A stretch of DNA of 63,541 bases, the filler included, from Folioceros fuciformis (taxonomy: Eukaryota): NCBI GenBank assembly GCA_049999805.1. It is 8 parts of 8 records of this genome, joined end to end, with 100 filler letters (N's around TTAATTAATTAA, not from the genome) between each part and the next. Parts side by side here need not be neighbours in the genome. Positions count along the whole stretch, not along the records: positions 18,973 to 26,050 come from JBNGIO010003880.1; positions 26,151 to 29,327 come from JBNGIO010003881.1; positions 29,428 to 42,559 come from JBNGIO010003882.1; 5 more parts are not named here. One strand, given 5' to 3'. Shown one piece after another: positions 23,501 through 36,690 of the stretch (within the stretch, counting starts at the first letter, position 1; the number at the start of each line of letters is the position of its first letter). The position numbers were made by a program, and so were the translations under genes. The notes below the pieces were generated by a model. The model made no database searches and was not told the DNA's origin. It worked only from the letters and a program-made list of their open reading frames with translations.

Positions 23501-26500
23501 ATGCATCAAAAGCATCATTGACGAATTCACCCCCGTTATCAGTACGCAGGTACTTCAATAACAAACCTGTCTGACGTTGCACTGCAGGGAGCCATTCCTT
23601 GAAGATTTCAAGAACGTCACTCTTTCTCTGCATGGGAAACGTCCAGGTATATCGGCTGTAGTCGTCCGTCAAGGTGAGATAGTAATTGGAACCACCGATT
23701 GAGGGCACTTGTATCCGTCCGGAGATGTCCGCATGGACCAGACCTAGAACAGAGGTGGCTCTGTAAGCAGGCGCGGAAGGAAAAGGGTGCTCCTTTTGTT
23801 TGGCTATTATGCATGCCTCGCAGGATGGTAAGTCCTTAAAACAGCGGGGAAGTGGTTCCCTAAAACACTGTTTAACAGACATGTCCAACAATTTCTGTTT
23901 GTTGGGATGTCCCAGTCTCGCATGCCATAACATAGCCAACTGTTTGGTGTCCATATTAGCTAATCCAGTACTGTGGACTGTGGCAGTCTTAACGGGTAAG
24001 AGGTCAAGGCAATACAGATCATCTTCAAGGAAACCCTGGAAGATAGAAATGTCGGGCGCTGCCTTCCTGTAGAAGGTGCACGTATCACCGGTGGCTCTCA
24101 TTTCAATCGTCCGTAGCTTGAGAAGCTGGCTCATGGACAACAGATTTTTAGCCATGTCAGGTACGTACAAAACGCGTTCAAGAGTAAGATCTGAACCGTC
24201 CTTCAGTCTGAAAGTAACTTTGCCTTGTCCCTTAACTTGCAGGCTGCTGTCAAGTTGTTCATCTCCTAGAAACACCTTGTCGTTCTCACAACATAAGGTC
24301 AGTGAGATGAAATGAGTCTTGTTCCGACAGATATGAGCCGTGGCACCGGAATCAAGGTACCAGCTTTCCATGTCCAGACAAGAACTTGTCAAGCAAACTG
24401 TAAGTATCTTGACCACATTTTTAGTGTCGCTGGATTTCTCCTTAACGACACTAGCCGAATTCTTAGGAGTTCGCTGCGGCTCACCAGCCCTCTTTTTCTT
24501 GCACTCACGGGCCCAGTGCCCAGCAATCCCGCACCAGTTACAAGTCCCTGTCCGCTTAGGTGGGTTACCAGAACTGGAATCAGTCTTCTGGGTACCCTGA
24601 AACTTACCCTTGCCTCTGTTAGGTGTATGCCTTGCCGACAGAATTTTGTCTCCCTTGGAGCGTGAGCCCCCAGATGAGTGACTCCTGGCTTGTTCCTCCT
24701 GAAACAGTGCTCCGATGAGGGTGTCGACTGTATAGGTGGAGGTCCGGCCAGCTGAGGCAGTCAGGTAGGGAATATTCTGCGTAGTGATGAAGCCTTGGTA
24801 CGACGGTGGCAACGTTGTGAGGAGGTGAGCGGCTGCATCCAACTCATCCATTTTCGTACCCATGCTCAAGAGTTGAGATCGGAGTTGACGAAACTTGGTG
24901 ATGTGAGCAGCCATCTTCTCCCCCTCTCTCATCTTCAACGTGTAAAATTCCTGTCTTACAGCACAGAGGGACATCAAATTTTTGACTTGATATGTACTCG
25001 CGAGCTAATCCCAAACTTGATGTGCTCGTGTGTGGAATTCCACTGTAGGTACAAGGTCTTCATCAAGGCCATTTATCAAGAAAGCAAGAGCGATAGAGTT
25101 GAGGGACTGCCAACGCTCCACAGCAAGTGCGGATGGTGGAGGACTGCTGTTGGGGTCCGGCTCCGGAACTGACTGGTCCACAACCCCCCAAACTCCTCGA
25201 GCCTCGAGAGCAGATCGCATGAGCACCTTCCATACTGGGTATTTGGTGCCGTTAAAGCGGTCCTTCTCTTTCATGTCTGAGGTAAAGGTGGGGAGAGGTG
25301 CTGACCGATGCCAAACCGGGTTTGCAGGAAGGGGTGGTGGAGGAGGAGGTGGAGGAGGCGGTTGTGTGGGATTGGTACCCATCTGTGGTACTAACACTAG
25401 CGCGTGCAACTGGGCAGAGAGTTGATCCACCAAGGAATCTAGAAAACCAGGGTGAGGAGGGTCGCTGCCGACGTCAGAGGACGCAGAGCTGTCTGTCATA
25501 CGCAACGATTCCCTTCTGGAGGTGACGACCTACGGAAGGAAAGAGGGTATGTGTAACACTACACTATTGATTGTAGTGCGCTAACCAGTGGGATTGCAAG
25601 GGAGGGTGCTGTCCAGGCACACAGGGAGGACCAGACAACTAGCAGGAGTTGGCTGGCTCGTCGTGTGTGGCTGGACGGCTCCTTCCTCAGTAATCCCGCC
25701 TTCGAGTTAGGTACTGTTTGTTGGCTTAGGGGCAACGCCAACCGACAGCGACTCTGTACCCGGTGGTGCGCGGCCTTCAGATCTCGCTCTCACACCTTCG
25801 GCAACGTGGACGCGCCGTTCCGCCAGCCGTCCTCACAGGCCGAAGAGTCGCGGGAGCAAACGTGGCGCTTCGCACCTCCCGGCTCTCAGGCAGCGGAATG
25901 TGGATGATCGGGAAGCACTGATGCCTGCGGGATGCCGTCAGCAATCTCCAATCTCAGCAGGTAATCAGTGAATTCCTTGATCTTCGTCGTCAATTGCTCA
26001 GGTAAATGCTTCATTTCATTGACGAGAATTCTCGTATGGCTGTGGTCTGTNNNNNNNNNNNNNNNNNNNNNNNNNNNNNNNNNNNNNNNNNNNNTTAATT
26101 AATTAANNNNNNNNNNNNNNNNNNNNNNNNNNNNNNNNNNNNNNNNNNNNTAGCTACCCGCCGTAGGCCTCCCTCCTACTACCCTGCCTGGAACCATCTT
26201 GTGGTCACCCCGGCCTGTTGAATCTAGCCGAGGCTTGCAGCCACCGATCAACCGGCCTATTGGGAGCCCTACAGCAGCAGGTCGGCCCGCTTGCCGACCA
26301 GGATCTGGCTAAGCCTGGCCCTACTCCTGGCCTATCCAGCTGCCTGCTCTTAGGATCCTCAACCCCTCGGCGCACCTGGGCAAGGCCATGGCAAGTCTAA
26401 GCACGCCACCCCCATGCCTATGCCGAACCGCCTTCCGCACGCTCCCAGGCCCCAACTCACCCTCACACGCCCGACTTAAGGTTCCACACACGCCGGCATC

Positions 26501-28341
26501 CCTCTCCACGGGCACACCCTACCCCCTACTTCACATTTTCCACGGCCACGGGTTAGCTAGATGATTGTTGACTTTCTAAACTGCACCACCACTATCTCCT
26601 GATCATCCTATTTAATCTAGCCTTATCTAACATAGTTTCCTAATTACCTCTCCAAGGAATCTATCAAAACTCCAAAAAAAACCAAATACCACCCATTTTC
26701 TAAGAGGCCTATCTACCATGTGGTCTCCATGGGCTACGTTGTAGAAGACCATTTGCTCCACATTGGCCATAGATTGTCAACCCTTGAGCTTCAACCTAAA
26801 ACGTAGCTGCTTGCTTCAACCTAAAACATAGCTGCTTGTTGAGCATGAAACTTGCCGAGCTTTGTCAAAGTCCACAGCGACACTTGAGTTCAATCGCGAA
26901 CAACCCAAGGCCAGCCCGTTGTACTGAACCAGTGATGACCAGTTTCAGGCACTTGGCAACTGTCGGTCATGAGTTCCGGTATGGGATCGTTCACATGAAA
27001 ACGGGAAAAAAATCCCCAGAAAAAACGCTTAGGGTCCGGGCTACATGGGAACCTAGCATTACCTTTGGCCGTAGACCCCTCTCCTTCTCTAAGTCACTCC
27101 ACCTTCTCATCCTACTACTCTCACTAGGGGATCAACCAAATGACCTTTGGGAATTTTCAGCCACACCGGCACTTACTAGTTTTACTAACTTGCAGCCCAT
27201 ATGGGTTAGTTGCCTCTTTGCCATCACGGATGGGTTAGTTGCCTCTTNNNNNNNNNNAGTTGCCTCTTTGCCATCACGGATGGGTTAGTTGCCTCTTTGC
27301 CATCTCATTCTAGCAGGAGGTAGACCCATGACACTCCCCACTAATATTGATGCTGTATTTTCTTGGTTAGAAATTAACTTACCTCAAGTTGGTCCATCGA
27401 CTAATTGAGGGTCGATGTACTAAGGGTTGATGAACCTATTGACTGGTCAATAGGTGCTGGTTGTAATAGGTGTCAATAGGCCAAGGAAACAACCTCCAAA
27501 GGCGATGCCCACAAGATCTAGGAAGATCAAGTCAGTATTTACTACTTTAGAATAATTGAATCGTTTGAGGATCCTTGTTGTAGAAGGGTCAGTAGGTGGT
27601 ATGGCTGATTCTTTACTATAGAGGGGATCTCTTATAAGGGGGAGAGAATCTGGAAGGCTCACTTTTGCTATCTCACACCTTTCTCTTCTAGTATGTCCCT
27701 TCTTGCTCTAAGACAAGTGGTGATTTCAACTATGTATGTGCATAGTGCTTGGTGGGATCTAAAGTGTGGTGTGGTGGCCAAGGTTGAGGGGAGTGTCCTC
27801 AACTCTTGATTATGAAGGATATCATGACACCCTTTGCTTTCGTATATCTCCCTCACCTGTTATTTGTGTTGGCGACAAAGTACGAGGATGTATGGGATGG
27901 AGGAGGAGCAAATGGAGCTGGAAACGAGTTGTATGCCGGGCAACTAGAGGGTAGGAAATCCAATCATTGTAGAGTGCCCGGTAACCATGGATGGGGGGGG
28001 TGCGTACGTGCTTGCTTAGTGGTTGGGCTGGTGCATGGGGAAGTACAAGGGATATGAAACCCTAAACCCCGAGTAGAAAAAGGTAGAGTATGGGCGCCGA
28101 AAGATTTGCTTGGAAGGTGGTAGCATGTTTTCCATCGATGCACGCAAATGGCATTAAGGAGCCTGCAAACACGTATTTTCACATGCATGTGCACAAATGT
28201 ACAGTTTGGTCTTGGCCCAAACACTTGCGTACGTGCCAAAGGGGACGCATAAAGCTTGTGTTTGTAAAAAGACCTAAAGAGAGGGTACGTGTCCCCTTCT
28301 CAACTATCTTGAATGAAAAGATTGTTTTTGTCCTAGCTTTG

Positions 28342-29327
28342 TTACAGGTCTTTTTGGAAAGCAACTGTCAATTGTTTCTTGCTTTGCCAGCTGATCATAC
28401 TACTTCCCAGACTGAATGCATATCCACTGGTTGATCTTCTGTCATACGCACAACCAGCCCAATCAGCATCTGTATATCTTGTCAGTTCAAGATGCTTCCT
28501 ATGCTCATAGAGCAATCCAAACTCAGTAGTTCCTTTCACACATCTCATGATTCTTCTAACTGCATCTAAGTGCGGTTTCCTTGGGTTCTGCATGAATTGA
28601 CTTATCAGTCCTACTGCATAACTTAAGTCAGGACGTGTGATAGTCAAGTAGATCAAACTTCCGACCATCTGTCGATACATGGTCACATTCTCCAACTCAG
28701 TTCCTACATCCATTTGCAGCTTGACGTTCTACTCCAATGGTGTATCCATCGCTTTGCAATCTGCCATGCCATACTTCTGCAGCATATCCTTAGCATATTG
28801 TTTTTGCAATAGCCAGATTCCTTGAGGTGTAGACACAACCTCAATTCCTAAGAAGTATCTAAGTTCACCAAGATCCTTCACCTTGAACTCTTTTTGCAGA
28901 TTCGCCTTGACATCTGCAATACCATCTGCATCATCTCCTGTGATGATCAGGTCATCAACATAAATGACAACACACACTTGTCCTACCTTGTTCTGTTTTA
29001 CAAACAGACTGTGATCTGCGTCTCCAATCACAAACCCTCGCTCCTTCAAATAGCTTGTGATACGAGCATTCCATGCTCTAGGTGCCAGTTTGAGTCCATA
29101 CACTGCCTTCTTCAGTTTGCATACATACGTTGGAAACTTAGGATGAACATAGCCTTCAGGCTGTTCCATGTACACTTCCTCCTACAACTCACCATTCAAG
29201 AAAGCATTCTTGACATCCATTTGCCATAACTTCCATCCTTTAGCTACTGCTAATGCTATGACTGTCCTTACAGTTGTCATCTTGGCTACTGGACTAAAGG
29301 TTTCCTCATAATCAAGACCATATTGTT
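28342..29327 (-). mobile_element. Copia RT/RNase H fragment (different family), decayed
   Basis: [42 protein letters not shown] and YTDADWAG. Contains a stop and a frameshift. Confidence 0.92.
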
Positions 29328-29427
29328 NNNNNNNNNNNNNNNNNNNNNNNNNNNNNNNNNNNNNNNNNNNNTTAATTAATTAANNNNNNNNNNNNNNNNN
29401 NNNNNNNNNNNNNNNNNNNNNNNNNNN

Positions 29428-29900
29428 AGGTTGAGAATCAAATTGGGAAGCTGATGGTCAAGCTTTTGAAAGATCAGGATTTTGAGATTGGTGACGACAC
29501 AACTGGGGTTGTAGTCACAGCAGATACACTCTTGGAGCAGGCGGAAGAGCTACTAGATCGGGGCATCCGCCCCATTGGGATCGCTGAGGGGTATGAGATA
29601 GCGTCTAAGGTCGCCACTGAGCACTTGAATCACATCGCGCACAAGTCTGACTTCAGTGCAGATAATGCTGAGCCTCTCATTCAGACGTGCATGACGACGC
29701 TATCTTCCAAGATAGTGGGTAGGTGCAAACGGATGCTGGCGGAAATTGCAATGAAAGCTGTGCTTGCTGTGGCGGATTTGGAGAGACGTGATGTCAACCT
29801 TGACTTGATTAAGGTTGAAGGAAAAGTTGGTGGTAGGCTAGAGGATGCAAAGATTGCCATTCTGACCTGCCCATTCGAACCACCGAAGCATCCCCAATAG
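29428..29900 (+). pseudogene. CCT5: Processed pseudogene fragment of chaperonin CCT subunit epsilon
   Basis: Intronless [14 protein letters not shown]...[16 protein letters not shown]...[32 protein letters not shown]. The GDGTT ATP motif is mutated, there is an internal deletion, and the sequence is truncated. Confidence 0.88.
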
Positions 29901-32900
29901 AGTTGGGTAGTTAGGATAGACGTGGTAGGAGGGGTGGTTTAAGCGTTTAAAGACACTGTTTAATGCGCTTAAGCGCTGTAGCAGGTGAGGGACCATCAAT
30001 GGCTGCCTACCCGATCAACCACCCCAACCGACAGTAGCCAGGAATTCTATAAGAGTCATAGGGCTCAAGAGATAAAGTGGTTGGTCTTCGTTTCTTACCA
30101 AGCCTGAGCACACTTGTTCGTGTTCCAACAAGTGCGCTCCTGCCAGCTGCGTCGTCTGCAGCGTCTGGTAGCTTGGTGGGGATCGTGACGGCCCAGACGC
30201 CTGGGTGTGAGGTGCCGTGTTTCGCACGCACACTCGTGGGTGTCCTACTGGAGTGAGTCGCCGACAGCAGAGGCGTGTTTGGCAGACAGGAGGTGTATTC
30301 AGGTTCGCGAGGGTCGTGGTAGAAGAAAGATACGAATAGAGTCGCACACACACAACTAGGACAGGCCCTCCTTCGAGGGAACGAAACCTGCTAGACTACA
30401 CGACAGCGGGATAGGTGTGGCCGCTAGAGGGAAGCCCCTGGGTGTCCCCGGATTCTTTCCACCACAGAGTAGAGGGTGAAGACAGCCTCATCAAGCAGCT
30501 GGAGAAAGCTGCAACCTTGCTGGAGTTCCTAAAGAAGAGGCGGTCTGAAGAGTAGGGCTGCTATGAAGGAGGCAGCCAGGCGACTAGGTAGAATTTTTTG
30601 CTTCATCCACCTGCTGGTCCTTCTAGCTCTTGTGTATTCAGCCTGTATGACCTGATTACCTNNNNNNNNNNNNNNNNNNNNNNNNNNNNNNNNNNNNNNN
30701 NNNNNNNNNNNNNNNNNNNNNNNNNNNNNNNNNNNNNNNNNNNNNNNNNNNNNNNNNNNNNTACCTAGATTAGTGCACATCACTGGTCAAAATAGGCAGA
30801 AAAATTGTGTAGTCCTAGGCCTTTCATGTGTGTGAAATGCTTAGGTTTAGGCAGTCCCTTCGTCAAGATATCTGCTGTATTCTCATTTGTTGGGATGTAA
30901 TCAACCTTGACAATCCCACGTTCCACAACATCTCGTATGTAGTGTTGTTGGATTTCAATGTGCCTTGTTCGGGCATGATATTTGGGCTTGGACACTAATT
31001 CCAGTGCACCTGTATTGTCACAGAGGATAAGGGTAGGCTGGAGCTGCTTCTCGTCGAGGTCAGCGAGGAAGGCTCTCTCCCACTCAGCTTCCTTAAAGGC
31101 CTCAGTCAGCGATTTGTACTCCGATTCGATACTGCTGAGGGGTATGGAAGTTTGCTTCTTGCAGCTCCAGGTTACAGCAGCATTGGCCATCAGAAAACAA
31201 TAGGTTGAAAGATTGCAACGGGAGTCGGAATTTGTGGCCCAATCTGCATTTGTGAATCCTGTAAGGGTAAGCTTGGAATTTCCACTTCGTTTGTACATAA
31301 GCCCATAAACGATGTGTGCCCTTTAGGTTATGAAAGATGCGCTTGACAGCCACCCAATGTGGCCTGCCAGGATTCTTGAGAAACTGTGAGACAGTGCTCA
31401 CTGAATATTGGATGTCTGGCCTGGTCCAATTGGCCACGAAAATCAAGCTGCCGACAACATGTCGATAAGATCCATCAGCCATGTCTTTTCTTTCAGCTTT
31501 TGTTTTGAGGGCACTGTTCTCGCGTGAGCTTGACTCCTGTTGCATATGGTGTAGCTGTTGGGCATGCTTGGTCCAGATGAAACTTGCGCAAGATCTCATC
31601 AACATACTTGAATTGGTGGATGTACATGACGCCCTCGGAGAGGACTCGCAGCAACTGAATGCCAAGGCAAAACTTGAGCTCACCGATATCCTTCATGTCG
31701 AATTTGTTGGAGAGCTTGGCCTTAACATCTGACAACAACTTCTGATCATTTGTGGCAAAGATCACGTCATCCACATAAAGTGCGAGAAGGACAAGAGAAG
31801 AGCCACGGGTAAGCCTATAAACATTCGTATCTGCTACACTTTGCACAAAGTCGATGCTGATTAAGTAGAGATGCATGGTTAAATACCACACTCTCCCAGT
31901 CTGTTTCAAGCCATATATACACTTCAAGAGCTTGAGCACTTTGTCTGGGTGTGCAGGGTCTTCATAAGCTTTAGGGTGGAGCATGTAAAGCTCCTCATCT
32001 AAGGCTCCATACAAGAATGTTGTGCAGACGTCCATCTGGTGTAGGTCAAGGTCATGTTTTGTGGCATAAGCGAGGAGGATTCGAATGGATTGTGTTCTCA
32101 CGACAGGTGAGAACGTTTCTTGGTAGTCCAAACCCTCAACATGCGTGAACCCTCATGCAACCAATCTAGCTTTGAATCTAGCCACCTCACCCTTGGCATT
32201 TAACTTGAGTTTGAAAATCCACTTGTAGGAGATGGCCTTACGCCCTGGTGGAAGATTTGTCAGGATCCATGTCTTATTTTTCACAAGAGACTGGTACTCA
32301 TCCTCGACAGCTTTCCACTATTCAGATTCAGGCCCATTGAAGGCCTGCTGCAGGCTAGTAGGCTCCTCTGGCAGAGTGGTCTTAACGGCGAGGTTGGTCT
32401 TAAAGTCCACAGATTGGTATCTAGGCTTTGCCCATTCGGAAGGAGGTGGGCGATAGCAAGGTGATCGTCTAGGTTCAAAGGTAGGTGCAGGTGGTTCCTC
32501 TATTGGTTCATTTATAGACGAGGCCAGGTAATCCGCTAGGTCTGAAGCTTCAGCCCCCTCATGATCCTGGACAGGTAAGTCATCAACCAGAAAATCGTCC
32601 TCAGCTCCATCATCATGTTCTGCTGCAACTCTGTTGTTTTCGTCATCTTGTGCATCGTTCTCTAACTGCTGGTCGGCCTGTCGGTCCACTACAGGTTCCA
32701 GGTCAGTCTCTTGTGCTTCAACAGCTGCAAGGATGATGGGTGGAATATCAACCAGTTCCATGTCATCCAAGGGATATGCAGCAGGATCAGGTGATATGGT
32801 GTCATCGTCTTCTGCTCTCATGGGTAAGACATTTTGTGTTGTACTAGAAATTGGTGAATTAGGCTCCAAGAACGTCACACTTCGGGCAAGCAGCATACAG

Positions 32901-33882
32901 TCTTGTAGTGGGTTGTATAGCTTATAGGCTTTCACATGCTCACTATAACCGACAAAAATCAGTCCTTGAGCACGAGGTTCCAGCTTCCTTCGTTTTTCAA
33001 TGGGGATGTATGCAAATGCACGTGAGCCAAATACCCTTAGATGTAGCAAGCTAGGTCTCCTATTCCAGAACACCTCATATGGTGTCTTTTGTGGGATAGA
33101 ACTCGTGAGAACCCTGTTCAATATGTATGTGGCTGCTACAATTGCCTCAGCCCAATATCCTTCTGGTAAGCCTGCCCAAATGAGCATGCTTCTGGTCATG
33201 TTCGAGCAACGTCTGCTTTTCCTCTCAGATACACCGTTCTGTTGTGGTGTGTAGGGAACTGTTAGTTGGTGAAGGATGCCATGTTCCTGGAGCAGCTCAT
33301 CAAAATATGAGTTTACAAACTTAGATCCATTATCTGTCCTTAGTATTTTCAGAAGCATGCCAGATTGCCTTTGAGCTGTAAAGAGCCAATCTCTAAAAAT
33401 GCTGAAGGTATCACTTTTAAGCTGCATTGGGAACGTCCATGTGTATTTGCTAAAGTCGTCTGTTAGGGTGAAGAAATAATGAGATCCTCCTAAGGATGGC
33501 TCTTGTATCTTTCCAGATATATCAGCATGAACTAATTCCAGCACTTGTGTGGCTCTATGTGCAGGGGTAGCAGGAAATGGGGATTTCTTTTGCTTTGCCA
33601 AGATGCAAGACTCACAGACAAGTAAGTCTTTGAAGCACTTTGGCAAGGGTTCTCTATGGCATTCAGTAATAAACATGTCAATTAGCTTGGCTCTATTGAC
33701 GTGACCTAACCTAGCATGCCTTAGGACTGCCTCCTGCTTAGCACTAAGCATTTGTGTGGCAATGGAGTGTGCAGCATGCTTGGGAGTAGGTGGCTGGCGA
33801 CACACTATATTCAATCTGTAAAGGTCATGATCTAGTATGCCTTTGAAGACACATTTTTCAGGGTATGCCTTCCTATAGAATG

Positions 33883-34155
33883 TGTAGGGTTAATAAAGCC
33901 CAATGTGCTTAGACTAATGTGTTTAGTCTAAGATTAGTGTCTAGTTAAGTACCATTAGTTTAGATTAGCTTAAGCTAATCTATAGGAAGCTTCTTGCGCA
34001 GCTTCCTGTGCGCTTCTTGTGACGCTTCCTAGGGAGCTCTTCTAGAGGGTATAAATACCCCCTTGAGCTCCCTTGCTATTGAGACTCTATGTGAGAGTGT
34101 GACCTCTCTTTTTTCCTCTCCTCCTTCCCCATGTAGCTCCTGGAGTGATCCTTCA
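33883..34155 (+). mobile_element. Solo LTR of the element C family inserted in the pol of element B
   Basis: Reverse-complement match to the LTR at 37286-37577. TG...CA ends and a 5-bp TSD gaatg/aaatg. Removing it restores HYSFYRKAYP (element A has CTFYRKAAP). Confidence 0.9.
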
Positions 34156-35949
34156 AAATGAATAGTGGCTGAAGTCAGCACGCATACAAAAGGTACGTAA
34201 TTGCATCAGCCTACTCATGGACATGAGGTTCTTGGCCATGCTGGGTACATACAACACATCTTCTAACGTGAGATCTGTGTTGTCATGCAGTTTGAAGACA
34301 CAAGTGCCTTTGCCTTCTATGTGCAAGCTGGACTTACTTTGCTCATTACCTAGCAGCACCTTGTCATGGACATGCACAAGGTCTAGGGTGGAGAACAACT
34401 CCTTATCTTTACAGATGTGTGTTGTAGCTCCAGAGTCAAGATACCGGCAGCCATCATTGTGCAGAGAACTTGACAAGCAAACGGTAAGGATTTTTACTGG
34501 TGCCTTGTCAACATTCTGCTTCTCTTTTACAGCAACGTTTGCACGTGGCTGCTTCTGTGGCGCACCTGCCTTGCGTTTGCGGCACTCCCGTGCCTAGTGG
34601 CCAGGAATTCCACACCAATTGCAGGTGCCGGAACGTTTGGTGGAAGAACTGGTAGATTCAGATCGACCAGAAGAGCTTCCACCTTGGTTTCCCCCTCTAA
34701 ATTTAGACTTGCCTTTAGGAGGTCTAAAATTCACAACCAAGGCCTTCTCGAGTCGTGCTGCTTTAGGAATAGCAGAGCCATGAAGCAACCTTGCTTGCTC
34801 TTCCTGGTAGAGTGCTCCAATCACTTCCTCAACAGTGGGGGAGTTGGCAGCAGCTGCACCAGGTTTGATGGAGGCATTTTGGCTGGTAATGAAATTCTGG
34901 TACGAAGGAGGGAGGCTGATGAGCAGTTGGGACATAGCCTCGACTTCAGGCATCTTGTTGCCAGTCAACGACGTGCTCTGGGCTCTCAACTGTTGAAATT
35001 TGCTTGTGTGAGTTGCTATCTTCTCTCCTTCCTTCATTTTCATAGAGTAGAATTGCATCCTGACGGTTGATAGTGACATCATGTTTGTGGAGTGGTAGGT
35101 GGTCTCCAATTGATCCCAAATTTCCTTGGCCGATGTTAAGAATTCAACATCAGGGACAAGGTCTGCAGTTAAAGCATTGATGAGCAAAGCCATGGCCACA
35201 CTATTGTGGTACTCCCACTTAGCGTATTCATCCGGCTTTGTTTTAGGGTCAGGCTTCTGAAAGCTCCCATCAACACTTGTCCACACACCTCTAGCAATAA
35301 GAACAGCCTTCATTCGGACTCTCCAGACCTGGTAACCAGTCCCACTGAAGCGGTCCTTGCCTTTGACATCTGATGTGTAAGATGTAGAAGGGGCAGCAAT
35401 GATGGGTGGTTGGAGTAGTGGGTTTGCAGGTTGTAACGTGAGATTGTTAAAATTATCAATGAGGGCGTTCAGCTGGGCTTCAACGGACATGAAAACCTAG
35501 ACAATTAAGAAGAACTATGGTTTCTCCTAATACAGCTAAGTTTTCATTCATGCACCGCACTCAGATTTGCAGAAAACACTAACCAACAGATGCAGGAATG
35601 GAGAGCTAGGTTGCTCAGCTGGAAAAAGGGTGCTAGCCAAGATTGCTAGGATCAGCTCCTGCTAAGCTCCTTAGCATGTTGTTCGAGCATGCCTGTAGTG
35701 AAAGGTCGTGTCCATGCCTGCAAACCCTAACTTAGATAACGGTTCATGAAAAGCCTTTTAAGAATTAGGTTAAAAGCAAAAACTAACCGTCATGACTGTC
35801 TGTTGAAGTGATAGGTACAAGTGGACCAATATATGCTGAAGAATGCTGTCTAATCAAAATGTGTAGGGGAAGAATGCAGCGATTCATATCAAGATGCAGG
35901 AGGAGCACTCTTGCGCCTGCGTGACCCCCGCTCTGCAGCAGCGGAAGAT

Positions 35950-36658
35950 TCACAATGCTCGAACAATCGAGCTTGATCCTAAATGAGGACAGCCCTGTTC
36001 TTGCTCCTGAAGCCTCAAGTCAATCAATTTCAGAAAATCAGATACGTCATTGATGTCTCTTGAGATTTCTTGTGTGCTCTCAACGACTGTTTGCTCAATT
36101 TTAGGATGTCGTGTCTGAACTCTGTTCTTCAATAATTCCTGGTTTGTAATTACGTGTGATAGCAATTGTTGAACTCTGATTAGAAGAGATTCTGTCCTTA
36201 TGTCGAATCCTCTTCCAAATCCAGTGCAGGGGGCTAACGCTGTCTCTGGCCTGTGTTGTTGCAGGCTGTTGCGTTGTGGCTGATTTGTTGGGAGTAGGTA
36301 GCGAAGGGGGTGATGCATGAACAATAGGCGCTCTTAGAAAATCTTCTGGACTAGATGTTTATGATCTAGGAGAGAAGTGCAAATCAAGGTTTTGCCCTCT
36401 CCTGTAACAATGCTCTCTATAGAGGCAATCAACCTCTCGATTTTTGTTTAAATGAAAATCAGATGCTCCCCTTTTGCTACGTGATTCAGCAAGCCTCTGC
36501 ATCCAATGAGTGGGGTCGTTCTGTTTATAGATGTCTAGCACCGTATCAATATCGATTTGTGGCAGTGCCGTTTGTCTTGGTGGGTGTTTTGCTTGCCGAG
36601 AGTGTCTCGAGATCCCACCACGACTCGGGCATCTAGATGAAGCACCCACTCTCGGCAT
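35950..36658 (-). pseudogene. Extra sense ORF (frameshifted) in the 5' leader of Copia element B
   Basis: ORF pieces 36658-36359 and 36324-35950 lie between the PBS and gag. The C-terminal helix is similar to the frame at 26050-25886 in element A. Confidence 0.5.
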
Positions 36659-36690
36659 CTTCCAGGAATCCTATTAAGAAACAGAGCATG

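Larger units (their letters stand above)
20070..26050 (-). mobile_element. Ty1/Copia element A: near-intact gag-pol (25499 to ~20945) with two in-frame TAG stops; 5' LTR beyond the scaffold end
   Basis: Domain order gag(UBN2), CCHC knuckle (CNWCGIAGHWAREC), protease (YLDSGAT), integrase (WHARLGH, LRTDNGGEF, PQQNGVSER), RT (YKARLVARGF, LYVDD), RNase H (TDADW, CDNTGA, ADIFTK). Stops at 25005 and 21249. Confidence 0.97.

Noticed and set aside
25005-25007. Programmed stop-codon read-through in Copia gag
   Set aside because: The stop lies mid-gag where the sister element has Gln. A simple nonsense mutation is more likely.
26151-28340. Short ORFs and small local repeats, probably TE debris
   Set aside because: No diagnostic domain, terminus or TSD could be identified.
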